From IMG/VR virus record IMGVR_UViG_3300027659_000010: a stretch of DNA of 64,000 nucleotides; one strand, written 5' to 3'. This DNA is from a virus. The translations under genes and the position numbers were made by a program. The notes beneath the pieces are model-generated. The model had not been told where the DNA came from, did not search any database, and saw only the letters and a program-made list of their open reading frames with translations. Shown piece after piece: positions 10,031 through 18,813 of the stretch (positions are counted from its first letter, which is position 1; every line of letters starts with the position of its first letter).

Positions 10031-10059
10031 ATTATACTACCTTTCTGACTCTAGGTCAA
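10031..10059 (-). promoter_or_regulatory. Sigma70-type promoter; probable leaderless mRNA
   Basis: TTGACC-17nt-TATAAT, ATG 6 nt downstream. Confidence 0.7.
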
Positions 10060-10062
10060 TGA

Positions 10063-10302
10063 TTAAAACAGTTTAGGAGGAAGTTGTTGATCGCGGAGTT
10101 TTTTACGCCAACGTGCTTTGGCAGCACCTTTTTTGCGTTTGCGTTCAGTGGTTGGTTTTTCGTAGAATTCTTTAGCACGTAGAGTATCTAGTGTTCCTGC
10201 TTCATCTATTTTCTTTTTGAATCGGCGCAGAGCCTGATTTATATTCTCATTTTCTTTGACAGTAACACTGTTGCCTTTGAATGTGTTGTAGATTTTAGCC
10301 AT
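10063..10302 (-). CDS. rpsU: Ribosomal protein bS21
   Basis: [19 protein letters not shown]...[14 protein letters not shown]. Confidence 0.9.
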   Translation of the reverse strand: MAKIYNTFKGNSVTVKENENINQALRRFKKKIDEAGTLDTLRAKEFYEKPTTERKRKKGAAKARWRKKLRDQQLPPKLF

Positions 10303-10684
10303 GTGGTTTTGCAGTCTTCTCCAGTAATTTTAAAATGTCATCACTATTATATAGCACACGATCATTAACGATGTTTAAATCACGAAGATCGCCAAAATAA
10401 TACGATCTCGGATCAGCACTTATCCAACCGATTAACATTGAAGATTCTATATCGCAGTCAGCATTAAACAGTATTAAATCTGTCTTTGAAATCTTATCAA
10501 ATAACCACAGTTTAGAATCTCCCTGATTCCACACGTAGTTGATTATAGTGTGGGGCAGTATGCTCTGCATCAGTGCCTGTGAAATTGTCTGAGACTGTGG
10601 CTGAGTGAGATTAATGTGTGCAATTCTAATACCGCTCTGCAGTATGTCGTCTGGAGCAGTTACTACCAGGATTTTATCTGTCAT
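10295..10684 (-). CDS. Hypothetical protein
   Basis: ORF in operon; start chosen at ATGA overlap. Confidence 0.6.
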   Translation of the reverse strand: MTDKILVVTAPDDILQSGIRIAHINLTQPQSQTISQALMQSILPHTIINYVWNQGDSKLWLFDKISKTDLILFNADCDIESSMLIGWISADPRSYYFGDLRDLNIVNDRVLYNSDDILKLLEKTAKPHG

Positions 10685-12177
10685 TTTTTGATTTCTTGTA
10701 TTCTCTGCCAAAGAGTGCGCTCATTCTGTTCGGCGTTTTGTGTGTAGGTTTCTTTGATTTTTTTAATCTGATTACCCTGTTCGTCGTGTTCCATCCAGCT
10801 CACAGACGTATCTGGGTCGGCCTTTTCTTCAGCCCATTCTTTGGCCTTGGCTGATTCTTCTAGGTTGGGGTTTTCTTCTGCCCATTTTTTAGCTTCTGAG
10901 ACTGCGTCTTGAAAGTCTGCCCGAGGTTTGAGATAGTCTTCCCATGGTAGATGATCTATGACTCCTTTTTCTAATAGGCGTCTTTGTAATTTAAGACTCA
11001 TGTCAGGATGATCATGTTTCCAGGCAGTCATAGCCTGCTTTTCATTCTGAGGAGCAGATTCTAATAATTTTTGATCTTCTTGTTCACGTTCTTCTGCTAC
11101 AGCTCGCTCTGCTTCGGCGATCATTTGGTTCCATTCGTCAATGGGCTTCTTTTTGTCCGTATCAGCATCATCTTTCACATACGAAGCTTCTTGGACCTTG
11201 TCTTGATATTTTATGTTTTCGAATAAATCCATTTGATTAGGATCAGTTCTCACAGGAAACGGCCAATATGGACTGGCCATTAGATGTGGGGGATCTATTC
11301 TTTCTGTCTCTTCCTCCTCTGAGTCAGATGAAAGTCGTGTATGGTCAATGTCTTCCCATACAACCTTTTCTTCTGGGAGGTTAGGCTCTTCCTCCTCTTG
11401 TTTACGGAACCATTGGAAACTGTATTGGCTGGCTAATAGTAAAATCACAGCCAACGGATCAAATACCACTACGATGATAATTATCACCCAAGTAACTGCT
11501 TTTTCTAATACATTGGCATCCGGGTTATCACCGTAGATAAATGCCGCAATGTATTTTATTGGCCCAACCTCTGCTTCAACTTTTCTGACTTCAGCCGCGA
11601 TGGGCGCACGTTCTTGGCTAAGGGTGGCAATAGTTTTCTGTTCGGACGCAATCTCAGATTGAAGGCGGATGCGTTCTTTTTGCTGTGCTCTTCGGATCGC
11701 AACAGCCTTATCCGCACCTTTTTCATCACTGCTTCGACCCATAACTTGGTCCACAGCTTCATCCATCTGTCTAAGCGCCTTGCGGTTCGCATCTATATTA
11801 TCCTTTGCTGTTCGAATCTTTTCATCGTAGATAGCAATCCTGCTCTGTACATCACCCGATACCAGACTTTGATCACTGTGGGCTTTTGATAAGAATCCAA
11901 AGATACCCATTGATGTAATCAACATCAGAATGGCAATGGCGGCTAACAGATAGGCTCGAATAAAATACGGTGCTCGAGTCCAATTTTGTTTGAGCCAAAC
12001 AGTGCCTGCTAGTTTGCTGATTTCTAGAGCCACGCCCATCACGATGATTGGGATAACTGCCGCAGAGAATATAGCTACTAGTCCAGCTACACTGTACCAA
12101 ATAGCCACAGCAGACACAGTTAAACCGCTGAGTAAGGCCGACCAGGCAATGAATTTGTCGCTTGTATGTATTCTCAT
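10681..12177 (-). CDS. Membrane protein with coiled coil and acidic tail
   Basis: Several N-terminal TM segments, coiled coil, EVGPIKYIA...FDPLA TM segment. Confidence 0.7.
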   Translation of the reverse strand: MRIHTSDKFIAWSALLSGLTVSAVAIWYSVAGLVAIFSAAVIPIIVMGVALEISKLAGTVWLKQNWTRAPYFIRAYLLAAIAILMLITSMGIFGFLSKAHSDQSLVSGDVQSRIAIYDEKIRTAKDNIDANRKALRQMDEAVDQVMGRSSDEKGADKAVAIRRAQQKERIRLQSEIASEQKTIATLSQERAPIAAEVRKVEAEVGPIKYIAAFIYGDNPDANVLEKAVTWVIIIIVVVFDPLAVILLLASQYSFQWFRKQEEEEPNLPEEKVVWEDIDHTRLSSDSEEEETERIDPPHLMASPYWPFPVRTDPNQMDLFENIKYQDKVQEASYVKDDADTDKKKPIDEWNQMIAEAERAVAEEREQEDQKLLESAPQNEKQAMTAWKHDHPDMSLKLQRRLLEKGVIDHLPWEDYLKPRADFQDAVSEAKKWAEENPNLEESAKAKEWAEEKADPDTSVSWMEHDEQGNQIKKIKETYTQNAEQNERTLWQRIQEIKK

Positions 12178-12187
12178 GAACTAGTAT

Positions 12188-12580
12188 TTAGTTGGACCAT
12201 GTCCAGCGATTATCTACGTCGTTAAAACACGCAGTGGCTCGCATGGTTTTTTCTACATTGTAGGCAATGGCCTGTACGTGCAATCTACGGCAGTAACCTG
12301 CACCGCTGGGCCATGTAGCAGATGTCATAGCCATACCGCTGGCATCTTTCTTGTACCAACGCACTACTTCACCATTGTCTGCATACATCACTGCATGATG
12401 TATGGCCTGATTGTAAGCGGTCTTTTGTTCATCATCCAGAGTCTTGAACCAACCAAAAGTAAGGTCTGCCAATCTATTAGACCAAGCGGCAGAACTGTAG
12501 TTAAAGAATCTGGGATTCTCTAGATCATTGGCCAGTGACGGACTACTGGCCGTGAGTATCAACAATTTCCCAACTACCAT
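12188..12580 (-). CDS. Surface-antigen-like (17 kDa/RT0821-type) exported protein
   Basis: NGEVVRW...GYCRR...ATAC...W C-terminal pattern; start uncertain. Confidence 0.55.
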   Translation of the reverse strand: MVVGKLLILTASSPSLANDLENPRFFNYSSAAWSNRLADLTFGWFKTLDDEQKTAYNQAIHHAVMYADNGEVVRWYKKDASGMAMTSATWPSGAGYCRRLHVQAIAYNVEKTMRATACFNDVDNRWTWSN

Positions 12581-12866
12581 CAGGCAGCTGGCAACTGAGC
12601 GCACGGTATTGAACATCGGTTCCACCTTTCTTCATCCATCCATTAAAGTATCCACAGTTAGAACCTATTCCAACTCTGGCCACTGTGAGTCGTTTGACTT
12701 GATCGTCTGAGCATTCCACAGTGGTACGACTGTTCACCCGATCTCCATTTTGTGTGACAATGGTTTGATTAGTGTAACAGTACTGTGGTTTCTGTGCCTG
12801 TGTTTTTGGCACAGAACCACAGCCTGCAAGTAGAGCCACTGCGGTGACAGCTATGATCAGTTTCAT
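12543..12866 (-). CDS. Cys-rich lipoprotein
   Basis: Lipobox LAGC; C-terminal CQLPDGSW. Confidence 0.7.
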   Translation of the reverse strand: MKLIIAVTAVALLAGCGSVPKTQAQKPQYCYTNQTIVTQNGDRVNSRTTVECSDDQVKRLTVARVGIGSNCGYFNGWMKKGGTDVQYRALSCQLPDGSWEIVDTHGQ

Positions 12867-13348
12867 TGGCGTGCCAATTTCTGCTCTTTGGCTTCAGCAA
12901 TCAACTGATCAAATACAGGCTTAGGCATTTTCAACCTTACAAAGGTGTAGTGACGACCCTGCATAGTGAAATGTCCCACTTCACGCTGTAGGTGCTCACG
13001 AATAGCAGTATCGCGTACTACATATGAGATCTTGGTGTAAGTGGATTTCTTGTCGTCTTTGAACTCAATTCGTGTTTCAGAATTCACTTCTGAATTAATG
13101 CGTTTGGCAAAGTTATTCATCGCAATGGCATACATCTGTTCTTCAGCGGCCTGTGCATGCATTGATTCACCTGCACCGCATGAATAAGCCATTTCTTTTG
13201 ACCACCAAAACAATCCTTCAGTGCCGGCCTGAGCACAACTCTGGTACCAACTGGGTTGAGCATAGGTCTTGCGATCCTCAATGCTCTTCATTGACGAACA
13301 ACCAGAAATGGCTGCTGTTATCAAACCAATTGCGAGTGCTTTTTTCAT
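12863..13348 (-). CDS. Lipoprotein (LPP20-like)
   Basis: Lipobox ISGC; QPSWY motif. Confidence 0.65.
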   Translation of the reverse strand: MKKALAIGLITAAISGCSSMKSIEDRKTYAQPSWYQSCAQAGTEGLFWWSKEMAYSCGAGESMHAQAAEEQMYAIAMNNFAKRINSEVNSETRIEFKDDKKSTYTKISYVVRDTAIREHLQREVGHFTMQGRHYTFVRLKMPKPVFDQLIAEAKEQKLARQ

Positions 13349-13382
13349 AAAAACCTTTCTGTGTGTGAATTAAAACAGTACA

Positions 13383-13411
13383 AGTATAGCACCATGGCTG
13401 ATCAAAGTCAA
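13383..13411 (-). promoter_or_regulatory. Sigma70-type promoter for lipoprotein operon
   Basis: TTGACT-17nt-TATACT with extended -10 TG. Confidence 0.65.
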
Positions 13412-13428
13412 CCACGGTGTTTACCAAA

Positions 13429-13731
13429 TTACTTGAAGAAGATCAATGCCATCATCGCGGCCTGTACGATGAATCCCACTCCGATGGTCACGATATTCAG
13501 CATGTCTTTTTGGATAGCTGCTTTAACAAATAGCAGTGTGAGACCTGTCCAAACTAACAGCACCAAATCTACACCCGGTAATCTGTCTGTGAGCCCTGCC
13601 ATCACTGCCAGCAGACTGGGTATCGTTGAGGCATGCAATACTATTGCTGCCAACCATCCAAATGTTTCTGCTGAAATCACAGAAATTTTAGTTTGAATGA
13701 ATTCTTTCAGTTGATTGATATCTGTCATCAT
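13429..13731 (-). CDS. Small 3-TM membrane protein
   Basis: Three hydrophobic helices; coupled to the hydrolase gene. Confidence 0.65.
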   Translation of the reverse strand: MMTDINQLKEFIQTKISVISAETFGWLAAIVLHASTIPSLLAVMAGLTDRLPGVDLVLLVWTGLTLLFVKAAIQKDMLNIVTIGVGFIVQAAMMALIFFK

Positions 13732-14282
13732 AGTTTAGCTTCCTTTGCTCGATAAAAAATGTGTTGACCTATTTGTCCAACTTTTGGTAAATTCCATCTT
13801 GGGTTAACATAGGTGGCATGATAATACAAAGCATCTTTGAGAACAGATAATCTAAATCCTTCCAAAAGAACTTTCTTGGCGACTTCATAGCTTTCATTGT
13901 AGGCCTCCTTGTTTATGGGACGATTTTTGTGTGTGGAATCGCAGTACCATGAGAACTGGCACACGACTCTTTCCATAACAACATTTTTTTGATACACGAC
14001 TCCGCAGACATCCTTGCCAAATACACCAGCTTGAACACGGTTAAGAGTCACCTGAGCCACTGCTACTTTACCTTCGAACGGCTCATACCCTGCTTCTCGA
14101 TAAATGTTAATAGCTAGACAATCCAATTGTTGCTCTCGGGTTTTAATTGAAACTACATCTCGACTGTAAAATCCATTTTTCTCTTTGAGATTTGCAAATT
14201 TAGTCGAGGTCAAAGTTTGAACCAACACAACTACTAGAATAAATCCTACAATGTAGGATATGGTACGAATTGACTTTTCCAT
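13728..14282 (-). CDS. SleB-like cell wall hydrolase (Hydrolase_2) with N-terminal anchor
   Basis: CLAINIYREAGYE, VAVAQVTLNRV, CQFSWYC, YYHATYVNPRW, IGQHIFY. Confidence 0.9.
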   Translation of the reverse strand: MEKSIRTISYIVGFILVVVLVQTLTSTKFANLKEKNGFYSRDVVSIKTREQQLDCLAINIYREAGYEPFEGKVAVAQVTLNRVQAGVFGKDVCGVVYQKNVVMERVVCQFSWYCDSTHKNRPINKEAYNESYEVAKKVLLEGFRLSVLKDALYYHATYVNPRWNLPKVGQIGQHIFYRAKEAKL

Positions 14283-14530
14283 AAGTCCTCCTTTCATTTG
14301 GTGTGCGATATTCTGCACATTACATTAAGGGAGTTAACTTCACGAGGCTCTGAAAGAACCCTACTTTCGTGTAGTTGTCTCCATTGGACGCATGATCTCA
14401 TAACTCATGTGCCTTTGGCGACCCTTGGCGTCCCGAAAATACGGGTTTCTCATTGGCCAAGACCCGCGGATCTGTTTCAGCTTTTGGCATACTTTGGATC
14501 TACTATCTCAGTTTCTTTGCGAAACGTTTA
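14283..14530 (-). ncRNA. Candidate structured 5' leader / cis-regulatory RNA of the hydrolase
   Basis: About 250 nt with no convincing ORF, several hairpins, and an anti-SD segment. Confidence 0.45.
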
Positions 14531-14572
14531 ATATATAGTCGATATCGTGAATTCATATACAAAAACCGGTGA

Positions 14573-14962
14573 TTATCGACGCATTTTGGATATATCCACA
14601 GCTTCTTCGTCTGAAAACACAGGTACCGCATTTGACTTGTGCATGGTAGCGATACCCTTGACCATTGTGCCAGTATATACTTTTGGTGCAGGCATTGTAC
14701 AAGCACCTCCGGAAAATGGAAGGCTGGGTATTTTGGCAGCACTCGAACCTCGATATGATGCAGGCGGGGGGTTCCAGACTTCGCTGCTCATAGCACGTTT
14801 TCGCTTGCCTTCTGTCTGCTCTATACCCTGCCTTCTCAGAAGATCTTTCCAAGATTCGTCTAATTCACGGGCTTTTCTAGCATGTTCTGCCGATGCAAAT
14901 TTTTTCTTGCCTCGTTTCTTGCCCGTGGTAGATAACCACGGACCTTCTAAGTGCATACTCAA
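14573..14962 (-). CDS. Basic hypothetical protein of a type common in T4-like phages
   Basis: KVYTG...GIATMHKSNAVPVF motif. Confidence 0.7.
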   Translation of the reverse strand: MSMHLEGPWLSTTGKKRGKKKFASAEHARKARELDESWKDLLRRQGIEQTEGKRKRAMSSEVWNPPPASYRGSSAAKIPSLPFSGGACTMPAPKVYTGTMVKGIATMHKSNAVPVFSDEEAVDISKMRR

Positions 14963-15063
14963 AATTTATCTCCAAAAAAATTAAACTACTCTATGAGTTT
15001 AACACCTCTACAAAAAAAGTCAAGAAAAATCCCACCAAAGTGGGATAAAATCAAAAAGGATTG

Positions 15064-15897
15064 TTAAAGACCCATTTCTTTTCGAATTTTTGTTGCCGAA
15101 ATATCAGTGATTGACAAATCAAATGTTTCTTGTTCGATTTTATAACCAACATCACGACCATAAGTGATATTGACGATATTAGGAACAACCTGTATTTCAT
15201 ATTGTCCTTGATAAATGGGGTCTAGATCTCTTTTTATGTATTGCATTACCTGATCCAGAGCAAAAGGATTAGTGCCTTGCCAGCCCTGGCAATCACGTAT
15301 TTGTATAACAACTTGTCCTGTTTTCGCTATAGCACGTTCAAACAGCGCCCGATGGCCTGCATGCCAAGGTTGCCATCTACCTAGCATTTGAACAGTTTCT
15401 TGCCGCCAATTAAACACAGGTCTTCGACGATTTTCTAAAATATGTTCGCCTACAAACTCTGCCCACTTCTCACTATTTTGTTCTGTAATGCGGAAGTCAT
15501 AAACTTCGGGTGGCACAAACATTTTATTTGTGTCTTCAAAACGCCCTTTATCTATAGTATCCATCCAAATAGTCCAATCCGCTTTGTAGTTGTTTCGCAT
15601 TTCTACCAATGGGGCCACGAAATCCACAATACAATAATCAGTATCGGCTTTGTCTGCCAAATCTCTCATGCGTTGGCTTTGTCTAATCCGGCCATCTAAA
15701 CTGAAGTCCCAGTCATTGAACTGTCTGCGAACTTCATCAGCATTTAGCCATCTCACTGTAACCATCGAGTCATTTAAGGGGCGTAATGAATTTTCATTTA
15801 TAGGTTTAAAATTATTTTCTAAATATTTTTTTAGTTGCTTGGCAAGATATGTTTTCCCTGAACCAGGTAATCCCATTATCAAAATTCTTTTAGTCAT
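15064..15897 (-). CDS. Adenylylsulfate-kinase-like domain fused to HxGH nucleotidyltransferase domain
   Basis: P-loop GLPGSGKT, NADEVR, DFVAP; C-terminal GRWQPWHAGH...ISATKIR. Confidence 0.8.
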   Translation of the reverse strand: MTKRILIMGLPGSGKTYLAKQLKKYLENNFKPINENSLRPLNDSMVTVRWLNADEVRRQFNDWDFSLDGRIRQSQRMRDLADKADTDYCIVDFVAPLVEMRNNYKADWTIWMDTIDKGRFEDTNKMFVPPEVYDFRITEQNSEKWAEFVGEHILENRRRPVFNWRQETVQMLGRWQPWHAGHRALFERAIAKTGQVVIQIRDCQGWQGTNPFALDQVMQYIKRDLDPIYQGQYEIQVVPNIVNITYGRDVGYKIEQETFDLSITDISATKIRKEMGL

Positions 15898-16475
15898 AAT
15901 TTATATTTTTCCTTTTCTGTAGTGAACCGATAATTGATTTGCAGTTCTTGTACCCAATCTAACACTTCTTTTTTGTTAATGACTTTGTCCCAGACCGGTC
16001 CGTATCCAATGTAATGCTTATCAGAATCAGATGCCCAATCATCGAATCCTAAGATCTGTCCGGTTCCGTGCCAATCAGTAATTATATCTTCGTAGATTAA
16101 CCAATGTATATTTTTAAATTTCGGCCATTCTTTGATATTAAAAATTCTTTCATGGAAAAATAAAATACCATGTGCAAACGTAAAGAAATATGTTCTTGGA
16201 ATAACAAATGGTTCTAGAGCGATATCTTTAAATTTATGGGTTTGTTTAGTAAGCATTATTGTGTAGAAACTCAATACCTGCGCTAACATGTCTTTTCTCG
16301 TACAAATTACCACAGTCCACTGTTCTGGCTGTTCTTGAATTTCGGGCCATATCATAGGCATTTCTAAATTTTCTACGATTCTCGGTGTGCCTAATTTATC
16401 TAATGAGTTTTCAATATGAGCTTTCAGACTATTGCTGGCTGATCTTCCAGGGCTAACTACAATATATTTTTGCAT
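15894..16475 (-). CDS. Sulfotransferase-like (Stf0-type) protein
   Basis: SPGRSASNSL, RKDMLAQVLS, YED motifs. Confidence 0.55.
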   Translation of the reverse strand: MQKYIVVSPGRSASNSLKAHIENSLDKLGTPRIVENLEMPMIWPEIQEQPEQWTVVICTRKDMLAQVLSFYTIMLTKQTHKFKDIALEPFVIPRTYFFTFAHGILFFHERIFNIKEWPKFKNIHWLIYEDIITDWHGTGQILGFDDWASDSDKHYIGYGPVWDKVINKKEVLDWVQELQINYRFTTEKEKYKL

Positions 16476-16553
16476 ATAAATTCCAAAATAGAAACAATAA
16501 TAGGTAAGTCTTATCTTGTCTAATATATATACCGAAAAGATAAGATAGGTAAG

Positions 16554-16578
16554 AAAAAGCGGCTTATCGCCGCTTTTT
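16554..16578. terminator. Intrinsic terminator downstream of pqqA
   Basis: AAAAAGCGGC-TTATC-GCCGCTTTTT. Confidence 0.8.
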
Positions 16579-16591
16579 CAATGTTACAAAA

Positions 16592-16663
16592 TTATCTATT
16601 CATAACATACATAGTGATTTCAAAACCAAAACGCATGTCAGTTGCTGTTGGTGTGGTCCACAT
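16592..16663 (-). CDS. pqqA: PQQ precursor peptide PqqA (23 aa)
   Basis: Not in ORF track. MWTTPTATDMRFGFEITMYVMNR with W-x-x-P and GFE-x-x-x-Y; SD AAGGAGG; own terminator. Confidence 0.92.
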   Translation of the reverse strand: MWTTPTATDMRFGFEITMYVMNR

Positions 16664-16787
16664 AATATCCTCCTTTGTTGATAAATTACATACTGTATTG
16701 TGCTAGTATGTATCACTATTATATGACAGATTCGCCACAGAACACATAGTTAATATCATTAAATAACCGTAGCAAATATCATTATGG

Positions 16788-17201
16788 TCATTTGGTTTTC
16801 TCAGCCAACTCTCGATATCCGCGACCTGTGGGATGTATGCCGTCGGCGCTCATGTGTGCTTTTGGTCTTGACAAAATCGTATCACCGTATTCTTTGGCCA
16901 ACATAACTATAGCATCATGTACCAGAGGTTTTCTATCACGACCAGGATCGATCCAAAATACCCTATCAGCGGCAATATTTTTACGCATGTTCTGCAATTC
17001 CCAAATACTTCTCACACCAGCATGATCATTAGCACCTAGGCTGATAATCACGGTCTTGGCAGGACTCTTGCTGACTTTGGCAAGATAATCTCTGTTCCAC
17101 TGCTGAGAGTTCCAACCTCCTCGGGCATAGCTCACACACTCAGGCCTTGCCTGTGCTGTTCCAACTGCGATGCTGTCTCCAATAATCAAGCACTCTAGCA
17201 T
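16788..17201 (-). CDS. SGNH/GDSL hydrolase-like protein
   Basis: GDSIA, SLGAND, DGIHP. Confidence 0.8.
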   Translation of the reverse strand: MLECLIIGDSIAVGTAQARPECVSYARGGWNSQQWNRDYLAKVSKSPAKTVIISLGANDHAGVRSIWELQNMRKNIAADRVFWIDPGRDRKPLVHDAIVMLAKEYGDTILSRPKAHMSADGIHPTGRGYRELAEKTK

Positions 17202-17204
17202 AGG

Positions 17205-17642
17205 TTATTGATTGGCTTTATGTGCCTGCAGGGCTTTGGTGAAACGGTTAGCATGACTGCGTTCTGCTTTGGCCAAGGTCTCAAACCAATCAGCGATTTC
17301 GTCCAGTCCTTCATCACGAGCAGTTTTAGCCATACCTGGGTACATGTCTGTGTATTCGTGTGTTTCACCATGTATAGCTGATTCTAGTGCTTCTGCTGTG
17401 GTTTTGGCTGCCATGCCTGTGGCAGGATCTCCCGAACCACCATCGATCAGGTATTCCATATGACCATGTGCATGGCCTGTTTCACCTTCGGCTGTGCTAC
17501 GGAACAGTGCAGAGATATCGTTGTCTCCGGCCACATCAGCCATGTTTGCGAAATATAGATATCGGCGATTGGCCTGTGACTCGCCCGCGAAAGCTGCTTT
17601 TAGATTTTCTTCGGTACGTGTACCTTTTACAGTTTGTGACAT
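17205..17642 (-). CDS. Rubrerythrin (short, di-iron)
   Basis: [41 protein letters not shown]. Confidence 0.92.
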   Translation of the reverse strand: MSQTVKGTRTEENLKAAFAGESQANRRYLYFANMADVAGDNDISALFRSTAEGETGHAHGHMEYLIDGGSGDPATGMAAKTTAEALESAIHGETHEYTDMYPGMAKTARDEGLDEIADWFETLAKAERSHANRFTKALQAHKANQ

Positions 17643-17761
17643 AGGGTCTCCTTGTTTGTCAATGTATGTGTATATTATATATCCTATTGAAATAGGCAAT
17701 CAATAGTTTTTTTGTGAATATTTTTTTATGAAGCTAATAGATTTTTTCAATATCAAAAAAG

Positions 17762-17783
17762 AAAGGAGCCGAAGCTCCTTTTT
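17762..17783 (-). terminator. Intrinsic terminator after OMP gene
   Basis: AAAGGAGC-CGAA-GCTCCTTT; UUCG loop on minus strand. Confidence 0.8.
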
Positions 17784-17800
17784 ATGTGCTAATCTCTAGA

Positions 17801-18358
17801 TTAGAACTTGAAACCAACGCTGATATTAGTAGCATTGTAATCGCTGTCACCACGAACACTGTCGTAGCCTAGGCCAACGAAATAATTCTTACTTAGAGCG
17901 TGCTCTGCACTCAGGCGATATGTGCGTGTGGTGTCAGCATTGACGCTGTCCATTGCTGCACGATAACGGTAACCTGCTTTAACTGAAAGCGATGGAGTTA
18001 CAGCATACTTGATGCCTGGCTCTACACTGTAGTAGCTGTAGTTAGTTGCAGTCTTGAACTTCTCACCAACACCTGCACGACCGTACACGCTGAGACCAGT
18101 TGCACCGACTGGCTGTGTAGCTGTTAGACCGGCTTCTAAACGTGTGTCGCTGAGATTGTTACTGTTGTCAGTCTTTTGACGCAAGCTGAAATCAGCTTTG
18201 AACATTTGGTTAATGTCTGTGCCCATGGTAACTTTAGTTGCGCGAGCATCTGCGGTACTATCTACCCCATCACGGCTGCTATACTCAACAGCACCAAACC
18301 CGCCAGCAAAGGCAGTACTTGCGGCGCTCAAAGCGGCCACTACGATAAACTTCTTCAT
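17801..18358 (-). CDS. Outer-membrane beta-barrel protein
   Basis: Signal peptide, alternating beta strands, terminal Phe (VGFKF). Confidence 0.8.
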   Translation of the reverse strand: MKKFIVVAALSAASTAFAGGFGAVEYSSRDGVDSTADARATKVTMGTDINQMFKADFSLRQKTDNSNNLSDTRLEAGLTATQPVGATGLSVYGRAGVGEKFKTATNYSYYSVEPGIKYAVTPSLSVKAGYRYRAAMDSVNADTTRTYRLSAEHALSKNYFVGLGYDSVRGDSDYNATNISVGFKF

Positions 18359-18401
18359 TGATATTTCCTTTTAAAAGTAAATGACTTGTATGTCAATGTT
18401 T

Positions 18402-18431
18402 AGTATATAGTATTTCTGCTATGCATGTCAA
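18402..18431 (-). promoter_or_regulatory. Sigma70-type promoter of OMP gene
   Basis: TTGACA-18nt-TATACT. Confidence 0.55.
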
Positions 18432-18432
18432 G

Positions 18433-18459
18433 AAAAAGCGGCTACGAATAGCCGCTTTT
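18433..18459 (-). terminator. Terminator of tmRNA gene
   Basis: AAAAGCGGCTA-CGAA-TAGCCGCTTTT. Confidence 0.8.
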
Positions 18460-18810
18460 GGTGGTTTAGGTTACAAGGTATGTCCTACCCCGGACCGCTG
18501 TTTTTTAGGCAGCTAGGGCAAATCTGCTTTCATTAGCAGCACCGCGAACGGTGTTACCAGTGAAGCTCATTGCACTGAAGTCAAATGTATCTGCGTTTGC
18601 ATTTACGTTTATTTGCTTGATTAACGGTCATCGCCTACCGTGTTGCCGTCTCTATTATCTCACCCTGTCGAAACCATGGCTCGCCCAACTAAGCACACTC
18701 GGCACTAAAGCCTTGCTACCAGAATACTCGGTTCGGAGTATGCTTAGGTGGACGAGGCGGGAGTCGAACCCGCGTCCAGAATGCCTTCACTTTGAAGGGA
18801 TTACAACAAT
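18460..18810 (-). ncRNA. ssrA: Circularly permuted (two-piece) tmRNA
   Basis: T-arm/acceptor 3' part (GCGGGTTCGACTCCCGCCTCGTCCACC, to 18747) precedes the 5' part (GGGCGAG...TTCGAC, from 18686). G3.U wobble in acceptor stem. Tag frame 18600-18505 ends FALAA*. Outer ends approximate. Confidence 0.88.
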
Positions 18811-18813
18811 TCC

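Noticed and set aside
14298-14742. Short ORFs across the hydrolase leader
   Set aside because: No RBS or protein-like features; RNA structure explains the region better
18747-18780. Stand-alone tRNA
   Set aside because: No anticodon or D arm upstream; its acceptor partner lies downstream, as in permuted tmRNA
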